From NCBI RefSeq assembly GCF_024521635.1, contig NW_026250431.1, positions 1-64,000 of the forward strand: a stretch of DNA of 64,000 nt, given 5' to 3'. Shown here in pieces: positions 45,519 through 58,242 of the stretch. Under the pieces are notes generated by a model. The model was not told the origin of the DNA, did not search any database, and was given only the letters and a program-made list of their open reading frames with translations. The translations under genes were made by a program, and so were the position numbers. Each line of letters begins with the position of its first letter. Positions within the stretch are counted from its first letter, which is position 1. The stretch comes from Tricharina praecox. Lineage: Eukaryota.

Positions 45519-46182
45519 ATGACGCCACTACAGAAACTACTACTCGAACGCGGCGCAGGCACGGACGTGATGAAAGCGTTCTACGAGGAGATAGCGGCGT
45601 CACGGGTGCGTTCTTTCCCCTCATTCCCCTCCCCTCTCTCCCTTCACTCACTTCCCCATTACCACTCCTAACCCGAGTCCGTCACAGTACGTACAAATCC
45701 TCCCCAACAGAGCGCGTGCCTACCCCGACCTCGACGTCATTAGCGTAAAGGAGCTGCGGGCCTTCGCGCGGCTCCAAGGGATCGCGTTCAAGCGGGGTGA
45801 TAACCGCGCTAGCATGGTCGCTACTGTTAAGGCGTGGATTGAGGAGGATGAGAGGAAGCGGCGGGAGGCGCCGGGTGGGGGTGACGATGATGATGGGGAG
45901 TGGGATGATGAGGACGGCGGGGTCGAGTTGAGGGATGAGGGAGAGGATGGCGATGATGAGTATGAGGATGACGGGGAGGATGACGAGTCGGAGGATGAGG
46001 GGGATGAGGGTGTTGAGGCTCGCGAGGGAAGTGCCGCTCCGCAGAGGGACAGCAGGGCGGAGACGACGGACAGGTCGGTGATGACGGACAGGGCCGTGGT
46101 GACGGCGAAGGCGCCGATGCGGAGCTGGATGTCTACTCCGAGCACGAGCACACGCACGGACGATGTGATCGAGGAGTTATGA
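45519..46182 (+). CDS. Small protein (~193 aa) with HeH/SAP-like motif and long acidic tract (exons 45519-45605, 45688-46182)
   Basis: GTGCGT..CTAAC..CAG intron splices in frame; DLDVISVKELRAFARLQGIAFKRGDNRASMVATVK followed by a D/E-rich stretch. Confidence 0.7.
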
Positions 46183-47106
46183 TGAGTACCTGCGATCTTG
46201 GGTGAAGTGGTGCATTCTTTTCTGTCGATTTGTGTGTTGCTTTCCATGTAGTCAGGCGATATGTAACCCCCCCGCCACATTTACCATGTACCTAATCTAT
46301 AATCATGTTTAATTGCCGCGTCTTGCAAAGTGTCTACCAGTGCAAATCCGTTATTACCCCATGCCTAGTCACTCGCTGCCAAATATGACGCGGATTGTTG
46401 CCGTCATCCGGATATCACTCGCTTTTTGAGCTTCGCAGAATCGCAGACATTCCCGGCGATTCCGTCCACTAGCAGCTGAAAACAGTTATATCATCCCATC
46501 ATGCCTCATATTGATGTCAGTATATTTGACAGATCGATGTTGTGCAGCGTACATGCTAGATCGCAGTGCTGTGCGTATTAAGGATGGCGTTACCGGGGCT
46601 AATTACGCTGCGAAGCTCCGACTGGTTATCCGTTGCCGTCGTCGTTACCGTGTCCTTCGTACCCGATAGAAAAATCGTGATATATCACAGGTGCATTACC
46701 AGATAGGGTGCCGACAGTATCGACCTAACCTACGAGATATATTGGATATCTGCGGATCGAGTAAACGTAATGGCAGTTTGACCTCTGGGTAGAGAGTGGG
46801 AATACATGCTGTTGTGTCCATACTTGTAGGAATCTTGTTGAACCCAAGTGAAAACATCTCCCGTTAGTACCAGCGAGTAGCTGTGACCACTTTGTTCTGT
46901 CAATCCCACAAGCACGATTCTCGGCTTCCACCCGGTTGAACGGAACAAGCTTTGATTGAAAAACGAACTACAGTACTAAACAGAAACAGAAACACATACT
47001 ACTAGAAATCCTCCATACAGATACCTAGAACGGCCACTAGCCGTATTCATGAACAGACAAAACCCAGACCTAGGCTCATCACAAGCGATGTGTGTAACTG
47101 CTGTGG

Positions 47107-48001
47107 TTACATACCATCCTTGCCTTCCTCTTCCTTCTCGTCGATATCCATTTCATTATCACTGTTGTGCTCCAATCCGACCCGCATTTCGGTCGGCGTA
47201 TCGGAATCGTTCACGTCCTTCGTCTTCGTCGTCTGGCTCGCGGGCGTATTGATGGTCACGCCTTCCGAGCGGGCAGTGAGCATGTCGTTGGTAGACTGGG
47301 CGTTTGGCAACAGAGCGCCACCACCGATCTCTCGAATGTTGAAAGTCGCAGGGTTGGTGAACTTGGTGTAGTCCACAACGCGGCTGTACACATGTGTCAG
47401 TAAGTGGCAGCAAATGGAGCCATGGTGGAGGAGCGAGATGGTTTCTAGAATGGGTGCGTACATATTGGCACCGCTAAAATGCGGAGTCTGCGCGAGTAGA
47501 TTCAACTGATCTTCGGACAGGCTGCGTGCCTGATATTTGGCTGGTCGTTCGCTGTGCTGCGCCGAGGTAGAACTGGCGTTGTGCGGCGTGTGAGGGGAAT
47601 CTGGTTCCCCTTTGCGGAATCGTCCGTGGTACTAGGGAAAGAAAGTCTGGGCAGCCGAGCCTTCTTTCCCTGCCAGCCCGAGAACTCGTCGGGCTCGGCT
47701 GGGATGAACAGAAATGTCGTCTCCATCCATCTGCGGTACCACGGAAAGCTTCTCTTGACGCACTTGCGCCCACTTACCGGCGCAGTGAGATCTCTGGCGA
47801 GACGGTCAAGGTTTTCGACGGGGTCCTGGTAGCTGCACCCGCAGTGCAACTTGCCAGCATTGCCGTGCTTCTCTTGATGGATGCGTGCTCACTTGGAGAC
47901 GCACTTGCCGTAGATGTAATGATGGTGATCTGGAATATATCTGAGGGGTGGTCAGTAACTACCAGCAGGGAAGTCCATAAAAACGTACCGGTCTGGTCCA
48001 T
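47107..48001 (-). pseudogene. Degenerate RING-like zinc-finger gene, paralogue of 53235-53990
   Basis: Shares promoter region, MD(Q/P)T start, intron and GKLHCGCSYQD.VE.LDR.ARDLTA with the + strand copy; stops and frameshifts. Confidence 0.5.
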
Positions 48002-49099
48002 ATTTAACTTTTTGTGGGGGTGGTGACTTGGTGCGGAGAGGTGATTGGTAAAGAACAGAGATGGTGTGTGAAGAAGAAGAAGGTAGGAGTCCGGGTTCTC
48101 CGACTGCTTATGTAGATCCCCCACAGCGCTAGTGTCCCCACAACGCTAGCGGCCCGACAACGCTAGCGTCTCCGCAGCTCTTCGCGTGAAGCCCTACAGT
48201 TTGAGCTGTGAGTGTGAGGTGTGATATTTATTTTGTCAAGCTGATTTGAGCGAACGAGTGAGAGGGTGATGAAGATTGATTGCTAGATACAGAACAAAAG
48301 AGCGGACAATAGAGAGAGTATTTAGAGAGGTACATAGAAGCAGAAACCAAATCGCGTCATATCGATTCCCAAGATATCCGCCTGTTCCCATGATGTCCGT
48401 CCGTTCCCACTGAGTTTATTGTTCAACTCGGTCTATTGATGCCCGAAGACATGAAACCGGATCACCGACAGTTTGCCCCACCATGTGACTCACTCAACTC
48501 CACAGAATCGTTCGATCGACTTACCTCCCCGCCTTCACTGCCCGCACCCCAATTTCCAACATTGTTGATCATTATCTTTCCCCTACCACGCAGATCTCTC
48601 TCTAGTCAAACCCCGACACATATCCCACTCTACTTCGACAGCACACCCGTACCAATATCCTCCCTATCTCAGTTATCTCGCATCGAGATATCCTCTCCGT
48701 CTTCTTTACCGGCCTACATTCTGGCTTCCCCGAAAACGCCGCCCCGGAACCACACGCAGTCAGGCCAGCGACCGTCTGAACATGCGGGCTCAGAAAAGCC
48801 TCCCGAGTAACTAGAATGTCAACTTTCGCTGGTGTTTGACTAACGTGAGAAAAATAGAAGTCCGCTTTCCGGCTTGTTAACCGTTCCCCATCTCGCCTAC
48901 AATACTGCGGCAACACCCAGACAGAATCTCCATGAAGAAGGTGTCCAATATCTTCCCGTCAGAACATTGAGACCTCTCATGTAGCAGCGCGCTACCATTC
49001 ATCAATATTGACCGCTCCGGTCCAGCAAGGCTCCGCTCTATTTGAGGGCCACGTTGCTGGCCCCCAATTATTGTCCGTCCGGGCGGACAATTCCGAGGT

Positions 49100-49525
49100 A
49101 TGCCACCGAACCCTATATCAGCCCAGAGAATGTGAATAAGACGGAGAACTGACGTTCAGCAGGCCACTGTGGTTGAGGATGAACAAGGATAGATGGGGCC
49201 TCCCGCTGGCAATGCTGCAGAAGCGGGTTGGAAAACAGGGATGAACTGCAGTGGCCGCAACGTCGGCCATGACCGCACGTTCAAACGTCCACTAATGGAC
49301 CATCATCCAGATGGACTGTTGCGGGGTACGCCACCGAACCCCTACATCAGTCCAGGGGATGTAAATAAGGCGCAGAAATAACCTTATGCAGGCCACTGCA
49401 CTGTGGCCGAGGATTTAGAAGGACAGATGGGGTCTCCCGCTGGCAATGCTGCAGAAGTGGGTTAGAAAAAAAGGATGAACTGGCCGCAACGTCGGCCACT
49501 CTCAACAGTCCACCGATAGACTGGC
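49100..49525. repeat. Two-copy ~229-bp tandem duplication
   Basis: GCCACCGAACCC...CTCCCGCTGGCAATGCTGCAGAAG...GGCCGCAACGTCGGCCA repeated at ~49102 and ~49330. Confidence 0.85.
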
Positions 49526-49582
49526 GGCTTTTCGGACGATTTACCACTCTGTCGAGTGGGCTCAGCCTTACCCATCAGGAAG

Positions 49583-50560
49583 AAAAAAAACCCCGGCCGG
49601 TCGGTGCGGGGAGGCGTTTGTACTGCATGTACTGCACATGGCGCAATATGCTGTTTGAATAGGCACGATGCCATGTGTCCACAGACGTCCATGCCGGACC
49701 GCAGCTCTCCATGCCTGACCGCCGCTCTCCAGGTGGAAGCGCAGGTAAGCAGGTGCTGCACGCAGCGTAACACTCTGACTAAATAGACAAGATGCCTGGA
49801 TTGATAGCAATCCATGTGTGATCGCAGCTGTGTGGTCCTGATATCTGCTACCCGTGTCAAAATGTAGATTGCAAAAGAAAAAGACATATGACGCTTCCTG
49901 TGCTCGAAATATCTAGCACCTAGACTTGACTTTGCTCGTATAGATAACTATTGTAATTGATATTATACAGGATCCTCCTCCATATCCTCACAGCCCTCTT
50001 AGCCCTCCCAGCCGGAGCTCGTCCTATCGTCTTCCACTTCAATATCCTCATTCTCATAGCCACCAAATTCCACATATTTTGAAAATCAACGTAAACAAGA
50101 TTCCTCTTTTCAACCTCCTCGTGCTGAATGTTGTCGGTTACCTTTGTTACTTGCCTGCCGCGACGGCCGACATAGCTTGTGGGGAACGGGGCGAGGTGGA
50201 AGTGCTGAACGAGGGGGAGAGAGGCCATGGTAGCGAGTCCAGTACCGAGTCCATGGCTCCGAGTCCAGTATCGAGTCCATGGCAGCGAATCCAGTAATCT
50301 AGTACAGAGCCCATAACAGCGAACCCATCAGGGAGGCCATGGTAGCAAATCCGGTACTGAGTCCATGGCACCGAGTCTAGTACTGACTCCCTGGCAACGG
50401 ATTCACGGCACAGGTTGTGGCAGCGGATCCAGTACAGTTGCAGGAGTAGGACGAGGAGGCTGTTTCCGCGGCCGACCGGGAAGGACGAGTAGGACGAGCA
50501 TGGCGAGGAGATTCGTTCCTTATGCGAATGTAGTACTGGGTTCTCGTTAGTGACAGAGCA
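49583..50560 (-). mobile_element. Unclassified element X, copy 2 (internally deleted)
   Basis: Reverse complement matches 25690-26300 and 27200-27780 (MDCYQSRH pseudo-ORF, acidic ORF tail, hairpin plus T-run end). Confidence 0.7.
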
Positions 50561-50827
50561 ATTCCATTTGAGCCAGAGGGGCATCTCTTAGCCAAATCCA
50601 ATGCTGTATCCATGGTTGCGAGAGGGAAATTCCACGGCGGATCCTAGGACGACAGATGGGGGACGTGATTCCATACACGTAACACGTGCGGATTCATAAA
50701 GACATAGGTAGCAGGAAGGCAGTCAAACGATGGAAGAAATTCCAAAGCAAAAAAACAAAATTGGGGCTTGATAGTAGCGCGATAGTAAAAACGCTAGCGT
50801 CTCCACAGTTCTTCGGGTGAAGCCCTA

Positions 50828-51033
50828 TGTCAGAATACGGGACGTCCGGAGATGACGATGTCGCTAGCGTACTCTAGTGTGGAATCCGAGCATGGAAGAC
50901 CAACCTCCCGATGGGATTGATGCAGAGGTTGTCTAGTCTATGAAGCTCGTATATATAGAGAGAGAGAGCTGCTCACGATGTTGCTGTTGTATTGATTACT
51001 ATTGTCATGTTTATCTACCTCAAATATTCAACA
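50828..51033 (+). mobile_element. Solo LTR (206 bp) with 5-bp TSD CCCTA
   Basis: TGTCAGAA...ATTCAACA flanked by CCCTA (50823-50827, 51034-51038); empty paralogous site GAAGCCCTACAGTTTGAG near 48190. Confidence 0.92.
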
Positions 51034-53234
51034 CCCTACAGTTTGAGCTGTGAGTGCATGGTGTGATGTTTGCTCCACCGGGTAGTCACTCAACTTCATA
51101 GAACCATTCACTCGACTTACCTCCCCGCCTTCAACAACCCGCACCCCGATTCCCAATCTTCTTCATCATTATTGTCTTTCTCCTACCACGCAAATCTCTC
51201 TCAGACGAAGCCCGGACACATATCCCACTCTACCAGCCAGTACACTCTCATTGAGGCTCTTCTCTTCTGTAATGAAACACCGGACATCCTTTGGTTCTTT
51301 TCTCTGTTTTTTTTTTATCCGTCCGTCTTTTACGTCGCCCGTTTTCTACCTCATACAAAACGTACTACCTTTTTGCTTGCCTTCTCCGCATATCTAGTCG
51401 TCACATTTAATATTGTAGTATTGGAAAATGCCACTGTTGTTAGCCGTCTTTCCCCGCAGTCTACCTCCAAAGTTACAATCGGCGGATGACACCCAACGGA
51501 TCAGTCATTCTGCGCTGGGAATCGCTCAGCTTCGCGATTACAGTCGCAGCGGTGGCGCCATTGGCGATGTCGCGATATGTGAAATTCCCATTCTTTTCGC
51601 CATCTAGCCTCTCTCCCCCCAAAGGTGCTACTTCTATCGTTGCAAAGATATGGTGAGGCCGTTGCCAGTTCTTCACTGCCCGATATTCCTGTAATACAGC
51701 CGCTGCAACTAATTACCCTTGCTCCGTGGAACAGCAAATCGTACGAACCACATTCCCGGGACCTCCGCAGCTACGAAGTCGCTCTCGAGCCTATTAGGCG
51801 GGGAGACTGGCGCCACCCCTTTTACAAAATCGGGTCGATAATTCACATCCTTTATGTGCACAAATTTTGATTGTGAGATGTTTGCCTGATTCATCCTTTA
51901 CGGATATCACTTCGTTTCCTTGTCACGCGTTTGTTTCCCTGTTTGTCATGTGTTTGTTTCTCCTACGTCTGCCGACTTGTGGCTTGCTCATATCTCTCAT
52001 GTTCTGACGAGTGTTCGCTCTACGTTCTGTACGATTGAGCATAAAACGGTCTTATCCTGTCCACTTAGCTAGACTTCATCTCAGACATCTTAATATCATC
52101 ACGCATATCCACTACCAAAACGTCAACAACAAAAGAGGCCCATAGTCGAGTGATAAACCAACAGGCGAATGCCTTCCACTGACGAGCGCATGTCGACAAT
52201 TTCTTTTCGCGGTGACGTTCGAGATCCTTCTTTCTACATCGGCGGTGGCGAGAAAGATGCAGGGCGGTCAACCGTCCGTCTAGTTCGTCTTGGTGTTTGC
52301 CCGAGAAGGGACGGAATCAGTCAGGCTGAGGCGAACAAGGAGTGTAGTCTTCCGGGATGTCGAATCGAGGACGGATACGCTATACGGCCCAGAATGTACC
52401 GGGAGGCTAGGACACTGCCGATGGCGTGGCGCCACACATCGGCGCCGGTGTGCGGTCCAGCGTGCAGACCAGCAAAAGGGATCAAAACAAACCAGACTGA
52501 ACAATCAAAACAAACAAAACAGCATAATTAAAACAAACCAGACAGTACAATCAAAACAAACGCGATCAGGTATCTATAGGTACATGTAGGGTATGTGGGA
52601 TTTTCATTCGCTGGTCTACAAAGCCTGCCCGGGACGGTGCCGGATGGTCGACCGCCCTGGGAAGCTAAGCTTGAATCTGCTTCATCCAGGAAGAGGTCTG
52701 AGACTACGAGATCCTGAAACGATCCTTGTGCATAGCTTCCTTTTTTACCACCTGTTTGGGTGTTCCTGGTATCACTTTGATTCAATTGCGATATACATAA
52801 GAATTACCTTAATGGTGGTATCTTACACATACTGTTTCCATGTCATTCGCGTTGTCGTTTTCTCGATGAACCTACAGAGCATATTGAGTCGTTCGATGTG
52901 TGGTTGTTGTGGGAAGGCAAGCGCGGCGGGGTCATTGTGGAAAGCAGTCATCGGGTGGGACAAACGTACTCTTACGCCATCACAGCCCACACCTAGAGTA
53001 CAGGCCTATTGGAGGCCGAACGTGCAACGAATCGTAGGGCTCAACCCTCAGCGATGTGCGTGGACGCTGGTTACCAGTCACGCCGCTAGCGTCGCGTTGT
53101 GGGAAGCTACCGCTGTGCGGCAGCTATTTAAACAGCAGGGGGACCCGGACTCCTTCCTTCTTCTTCACTCAACATCCCTGTTCTTTTCCACTAACAATCC
53201 GACACCAAGTCATCAACTCCACAAAAAGTTCAAT

Positions 53235-53990
53235 ATGGACCCGACCGGTACGTTTTTTATTGACTTGCCTCATGGTATTTACTAACCACCTGCCCCTCAG
53301 ACATGCAGCTGTCGCCGTGGTGCCGTCACGGTGGGCGTCGTATTCAACATATGCGGCCACTATGTCTACGGCAAGTGCGCTGCCATGTGGGCGCAACTTC
53401 ATCAAGACAAGCACGCCAAGGCTGGCAAGCTGCACTGTGGGTGCAGTTACCAGGACTCCGTGGAATGCCTTGACCGTCCCGCGAGGGATCTCACTGCGCA
53501 GCCCCGTGTGCGCGTATGCGTCACCGCAGACATTTTCCGTCATAAAACCACAGGCAATCGGTACTCCAGCCTATTGCCCGGCAACAGGCTTGCCACCCCT
53601 CTGCACGACGTGCAACTTCGGTATGTGACAACAGGTCCCTCTCGGTGCTCCCGATACGGGAAGTTACCATGTTAGTTGCGGAGCTGATTCGAAAACAGGC
53701 GGAGGTAGGGGACGACGTCCCCAAGGTGGGCGAATTTGGCCTCATGAATTCGTGCTTGGTGGAGGTCCGGACGGAAACGGTGGATGAGTCCACGGTTGTG
53801 TCTTCGATCGCGACAGCGTAAACCGCTGGCGTGGGGGTAGAAGACAGGAGCAGATGGATGAATCCAGTGCCTGAAAATCAGCGATGGGAGACAGCAAGGA
53901 AACATTTGTTGGATAATCACAAATTGGTGAAGGTGCGGAGGAGACCGGTGGCAGCGCCCGGGCGAATTGGGCACAGAGGAAGGAAGGAGG
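53235..53990 (+). pseudogene. Degenerate RING-like zinc-finger gene (3' end uncertain)
   Basis: After intron 53248-53300: TCSC...ICGHYVYGKC...W...LHCGC; exon phase does not join cleanly, downstream stops. Confidence 0.5.
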
Positions 53991-55582
53991 TGCATGAAGC
54001 GTGGTGGTGTAGTTCCAGATGAGAAATGGGTTTGTTAATACTAAATACCTAAGTGGAGGGGCGGGGGATGCCGGTGGCGGCGCCCACTGTTTTATTTTTG
54101 GTGGAGACGGAGGAAACCGATGGCGAGAGCAGGCGGAACAGGCATAGGCGAAGGAAGCAGGTGCATGAATAGCCGTGGTGGAGGACCAATAAGATCTGTG
54201 TTGGACAAATAGCATGAAATAAGATTTACGTCTGGGAGTAGTGATTGTCCCATATGTGAAGCCCAATTTCATCCAGGACTCAGTACTCGAAGCGAGCACC
54301 AGAATTTGAGCGTAGACCACTCATATTGCCTAGTGGCTGCAACGACATTCGCAATCCGCGCACGTACAGAATAAGAACATCATCAAGCAACGTATGTCCA
54401 AAATCATTACCTCCCCTTCCGAGCAACTCCCAAGCGCGGGTCTGGAATTTGGTAAATATGCGGCACCATTGAATAACCGTTCGTCGCAGGTCCTCCAGGA
54501 TTTTCCTTTACGTAAGAAGCAAAGATAAAGCTGCCCATTTGCCCAGAACAGCCCCGTTCCGCAGAATCGACATCGGCCTGGCTGTACTGCGTGATCGAGG
54601 GGCGGAATTAACATACGCTCACGTCGTAGGCATAAGCAAACGAAGGACTATATCATCGACAGTAGAAAAGCCCATGCTCTTCCACAAACTCAACCATGAT
54701 CGTGACGTGACTGTCCCGACCGCTGGCCCGGCCATCCCTGACCATTGGCAGTTGGGCATGTCCGCTGCCACCGAATCGCCGCCGGGACGCCCAACGTGAC
54801 TACTAACGATCAGAATTGTTTGTAAATCATGAATATGAACAAGGTGGCCGTGTCGACGTGCTTCGGTAGCCCCTCATGCCCTCAATTGGGGCACCGAGAA
54901 GAATCCTGACCCGTAGTACTAGCCCGTAATTTGCTATTAGATCGACGGGGACGTGGTCTGCGGCGAGGAAGACGTACATTGTCGCCAATGATCTGCAAGT
55001 CGAGAAGATCGCTGACATTTACGAGCTACAGAGACACTTGCGCCGAGTTCTGCCACGGCGGACAGCAACGATCGCCAGAAGATGATGCTGAAACGCGATG
55101 TTTCCAGCACGAAGTAGAGGGAAGAGGACCGAGGTATTCTACCAGAGAGTGATATGGGACTTCATGGTAAGATACAGAATATACTGGGTAGGCAGACAGT
55201 ATACTACGAATGGTAAATGTTTCCTCTCCCTCTCATACGCCGACAGATCATTGAAGGGGTGTAGAAGGTCGATTGTGGAGATTTCAAGAGCAATCACGGG
55301 CAGGAAGAAGTTTGAAGGCAGATTGACACACGTGGGACACGGGAGCTGAGCAGAACACAGCAGCCAGACAATCGGCACTTTTGGGAAGCCGAGAGGGATT
55401 TTATTGACTATCCGCAGGTAGCGTATCTGGAGAATCGGCGGCCTACAGGCGCTCCTTCGTATGCTATGGAGGAACTGTCGCCGTTTACACCCCTCAGCTG
55501 CGTAGTAGACTGCTTCTGTCAGCCTCGAACGGGAGACAGACGAGCATAATCATTAGAGAAGGTCATCCCCATACCAGCCTTT

Positions 55583-56089
55583 TTATCCCTTGGTCAAAGA
55601 AGGATGACTTCCCGACTTCTTTGAGGCCTTCCTCACAAGCTTCTGGGCCTCCTCCTCGGCCTTCAAATCGCGACGAACCGGATGCTGGACTGTAACCATC
55701 TTGCCGTCGGCAGCGACGACCGTGATAGCCTTAAAGGTTCTCTGGACTCCCGCATTCTCCCTCTGAGCCTTCGAGAGGACGAACTCGTTCAGCATCCTGG
55801 TGTCGCCCTGGTTGGCGAGCTCGTAGATGCGGTCGAGTCCTCCAACAGCCTTGATACTGGCCATGCGCTCGCGGTCGATGCGCGCGTTCTCGTCGTGCTC
55901 CTTAACTGAACGCATTCCGCGGCGGACGACGAAGAAGATGGCGACGAAAAGCGAGAGCATGCAGGCGGCGGTAAGGAGGCCGACGATGGCGGGATGAAGA
56001 CGGCCGTGGATCTTGTGGTCAGGGACTCCATCGAGAGCGTGCTGCGGGAAAACGGAGTAGACTGCATGGGTGGGGACTGTAGGAGACAT
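55583..56089 (-). CDS. Small single-pass membrane protein (168 aa)
   Basis: Intronless ORF with strong C/G third-position bias; TM AIVGLLTAACMLSLFVAIFFVV followed by RR. Confidence 0.78.
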   Translation of the reverse strand: MSPTVPTHAVYSVFPQHALDGVPDHKIHGRLHPAIVGLLTAACMLSLFVAIFFVVRRGMRSVKEHDENARIDRERMASIKAVGGLDRIYELANQGDTRMLNEFVLSKAQRENAGVQRTFKAITVVAADGKMVTVQHPVRRDLKAEEEAQKLVRKASKKSGSHPSLTKG

Positions 56090-56560
56090 CGGCGGTGATA
56101 TTGTTGTAGGATGTGGGATCGGGGCAGGAACGGTGATTACTAAGAATTGGGGTTATTAAGGATTAGTAGTGAGCAATTTGGGGAGTGTGATGTGTGAACT
56201 GTGAGGTGTGAGGTGCGACTTAGGTGTGAGATGTGAGTTGAGAAGTGAAAGAAATGATAGTAGTGGGAAAGCTGTGAGCTACTGGAAAATGGGCAAGTGA
56301 TGAAAACTGGCGATGATGTGTATAGATTGGGATGCGAAGGCATGATCCGCTAGCCTCTATTAGGTTCTCCATACGACCCGCCTCGAAATCTCACATTGAC
56401 AGCTTTGGGAAACCACAGAGCCGCCGAGCCAAGAGCCGACATACGTCGTCATTTTCTTCACAGAGACACCTACGAAACACAACACCGACACCCTGCGAGA
56501 AACCTTCAATCGAGACGTACTATCAACAAGTATCCTCACGCCGCCCAGGCGAAGAGAACC

Positions 56561-57441
56561 ATGTCTCACAAAGGGGTGTGCTTCCCATCCTGCCTGATAG
56601 ATCGGTAAACACACTCCGCAAGCAATACAATCTAACGTCCACCCGCAGATGCTCGAGAAGTGGGCGCTGGCAATCGAGCACCACGAAGCCCGTGATTACG
56701 AACTTGCAGTGAAGACGATCGAGAAGAACGACCCCACCGCGAAAGGCTACTTCAACATTGGCATGATCCACTCCATGTTCGGATGGCACGGCGAAGCGGT
56801 TAGTCGACGTTCAGATTCCAACTCTACATGGAAGATCCCGCTAACAATCCCATCTCTTAGGTGACTGCATTCATACGCGCCGTGACGAAAGATCCAGACC
56901 TAGCGATCGCCTGGTTTCAATTGAGCGTATGCAACTTCCTGCTCGGCGAGTTTGAAGAAGCTGCCTTGAACGCAAACGAATGCTACGCGAAGATGCGCGG
57001 AAATCCAGTGATCGACTACCAGCAACTCGGCCTCGACCACAAGCTGCACTCGTGCGAGGTATTGTACAACCGCGGCATCTGCTCAATTTACGATGGAGCT
57101 GAGGAAGAGGGTATCGAGGATCTTATCTGGGCGGCGGAGGCGGTAACATTGGATGAACACAAAGCTATCCGTGAAGCGATTGAGGCCAAGGGAAAGGTGA
57201 GACACTCTCCACGTTCATGGTCATGCTTCCGCTCATTATTCCTTAGCACTGCACCGTCTTCTCTGTCGGCGCCGGAAACCTCTTCCGTCCACCGAAATAC
57301 AAGATCGAGAACCTCCCCGAGATTGACTATCTTGGAACGTCAAGACTGATTCATGCCGATGATCCTGAGGACCACGACACTGGTTTCACGGGTCACCAAC
57401 AATTGCATAGAATGCTCTCCAGATCAGTCAGCGCACCGTGA
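56561..57441 (+). CDS. noxR: NoxR/p67phox-like TPR protein, short paralogue without PB1 domain (231 aa; exons 56561-56575, 56649-56798, 56861-57196, 57247-57441)
   Basis: FNIGMIH, LAIAWFQ..VCNFLLGEFEEA, MRGNPVIDYQQLGL..KLHSCEVLYNRG, TVFSV...FRP...K..NL...DYLG.SRL...TGF follow the fungal NoxR N-terminal half; canonical introns. Confidence 0.88.
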
Positions 57442-57606
57442 GATAGTGGCGTGGGTGTAGATGCAACCGTGTGGCATTCATTTTTGATTCTGTAAATGGC
57501 AAAGACGGTGCGGGTTCTAGCGACAGAACAATTTCTAAAATCTGGATCACATCTCTACGAGTTGCATTAAATGTGAACAGGAAGTAAATGCTCTATCCGC
57601 CCCATT

Positions 57607-57756
57607 CAGTGTTCTACATAGACCAGTCCTGAGAAAATTTGAGTACGGTCTGGTCGGGTCGGGATATATCCTGAGCTACAAAAGCCTCCGTCGGGTCTAC
57701 TGAATTTTATCCCGATAGACCGGTTGCCCGACCGGTCTGGTCCATGTAGAACACTG
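57607..57756. mobile_element. 150-bp MITE with 20-bp TIRs (CAG...CTG, hAT-like)
   Basis: CAGTGTTCTACATAGACCAG / CTGGTCCATGTAGAACACTG (19/20 match); no TSD recognised. Confidence 0.78.
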
Positions 57757-58242
57757 GTCGTCACTCGTCCAAGATATTGGACATTCGTCATATTAGTCAT
57801 ATTAATCATATGCGGCTCGTTGGCACCTTGAGAATCCTGTTAATTCTCCTACTTACTTCTTCTTCTGCTTCTGTATGTTTTTTTCTTTCTCCTTTACAGA
57901 ACGTCTTGTTTGTTAGCAACCCACCACCCCTGAGTTTGGGCCCCCCTCTTTGAGTGTCGCTGTCTGCGGGACTTCTCCTCGCTTCCGCTGTTGCTCCAGC
58001 TTCCGCCTTGCTTCTATCCTCGCTATCGCCCGGACGCTACGCAGATTTCTGCTGCATTCTCCCGACCTCGCCACACGACTCCCGCTTTGCCCGTCGCCAA
58101 ACTCCTTGTTTCTGCAGCTCTCGCCCTCGAGTACATCGCCGCACCATCACCAGAAGAGTCGTCAGAATTCCACACACCCTTCACCTGTTCACTGTTCACC
58201 CACTTATACCAACACCGTCAACCTACGTCTGGACGGTAAGCC

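Noticed and set aside
54330..54614. Faint resemblance to a ubiquitin-protease His-box region
   Set aside because: Catalytic His absent and no Cys box found
40721..57441. Redox gene cluster (peroxiredoxin plus NoxR-like)
   Set aside because: 15 kb apart with unrelated genes and repeats between; proximity alone is not evidence
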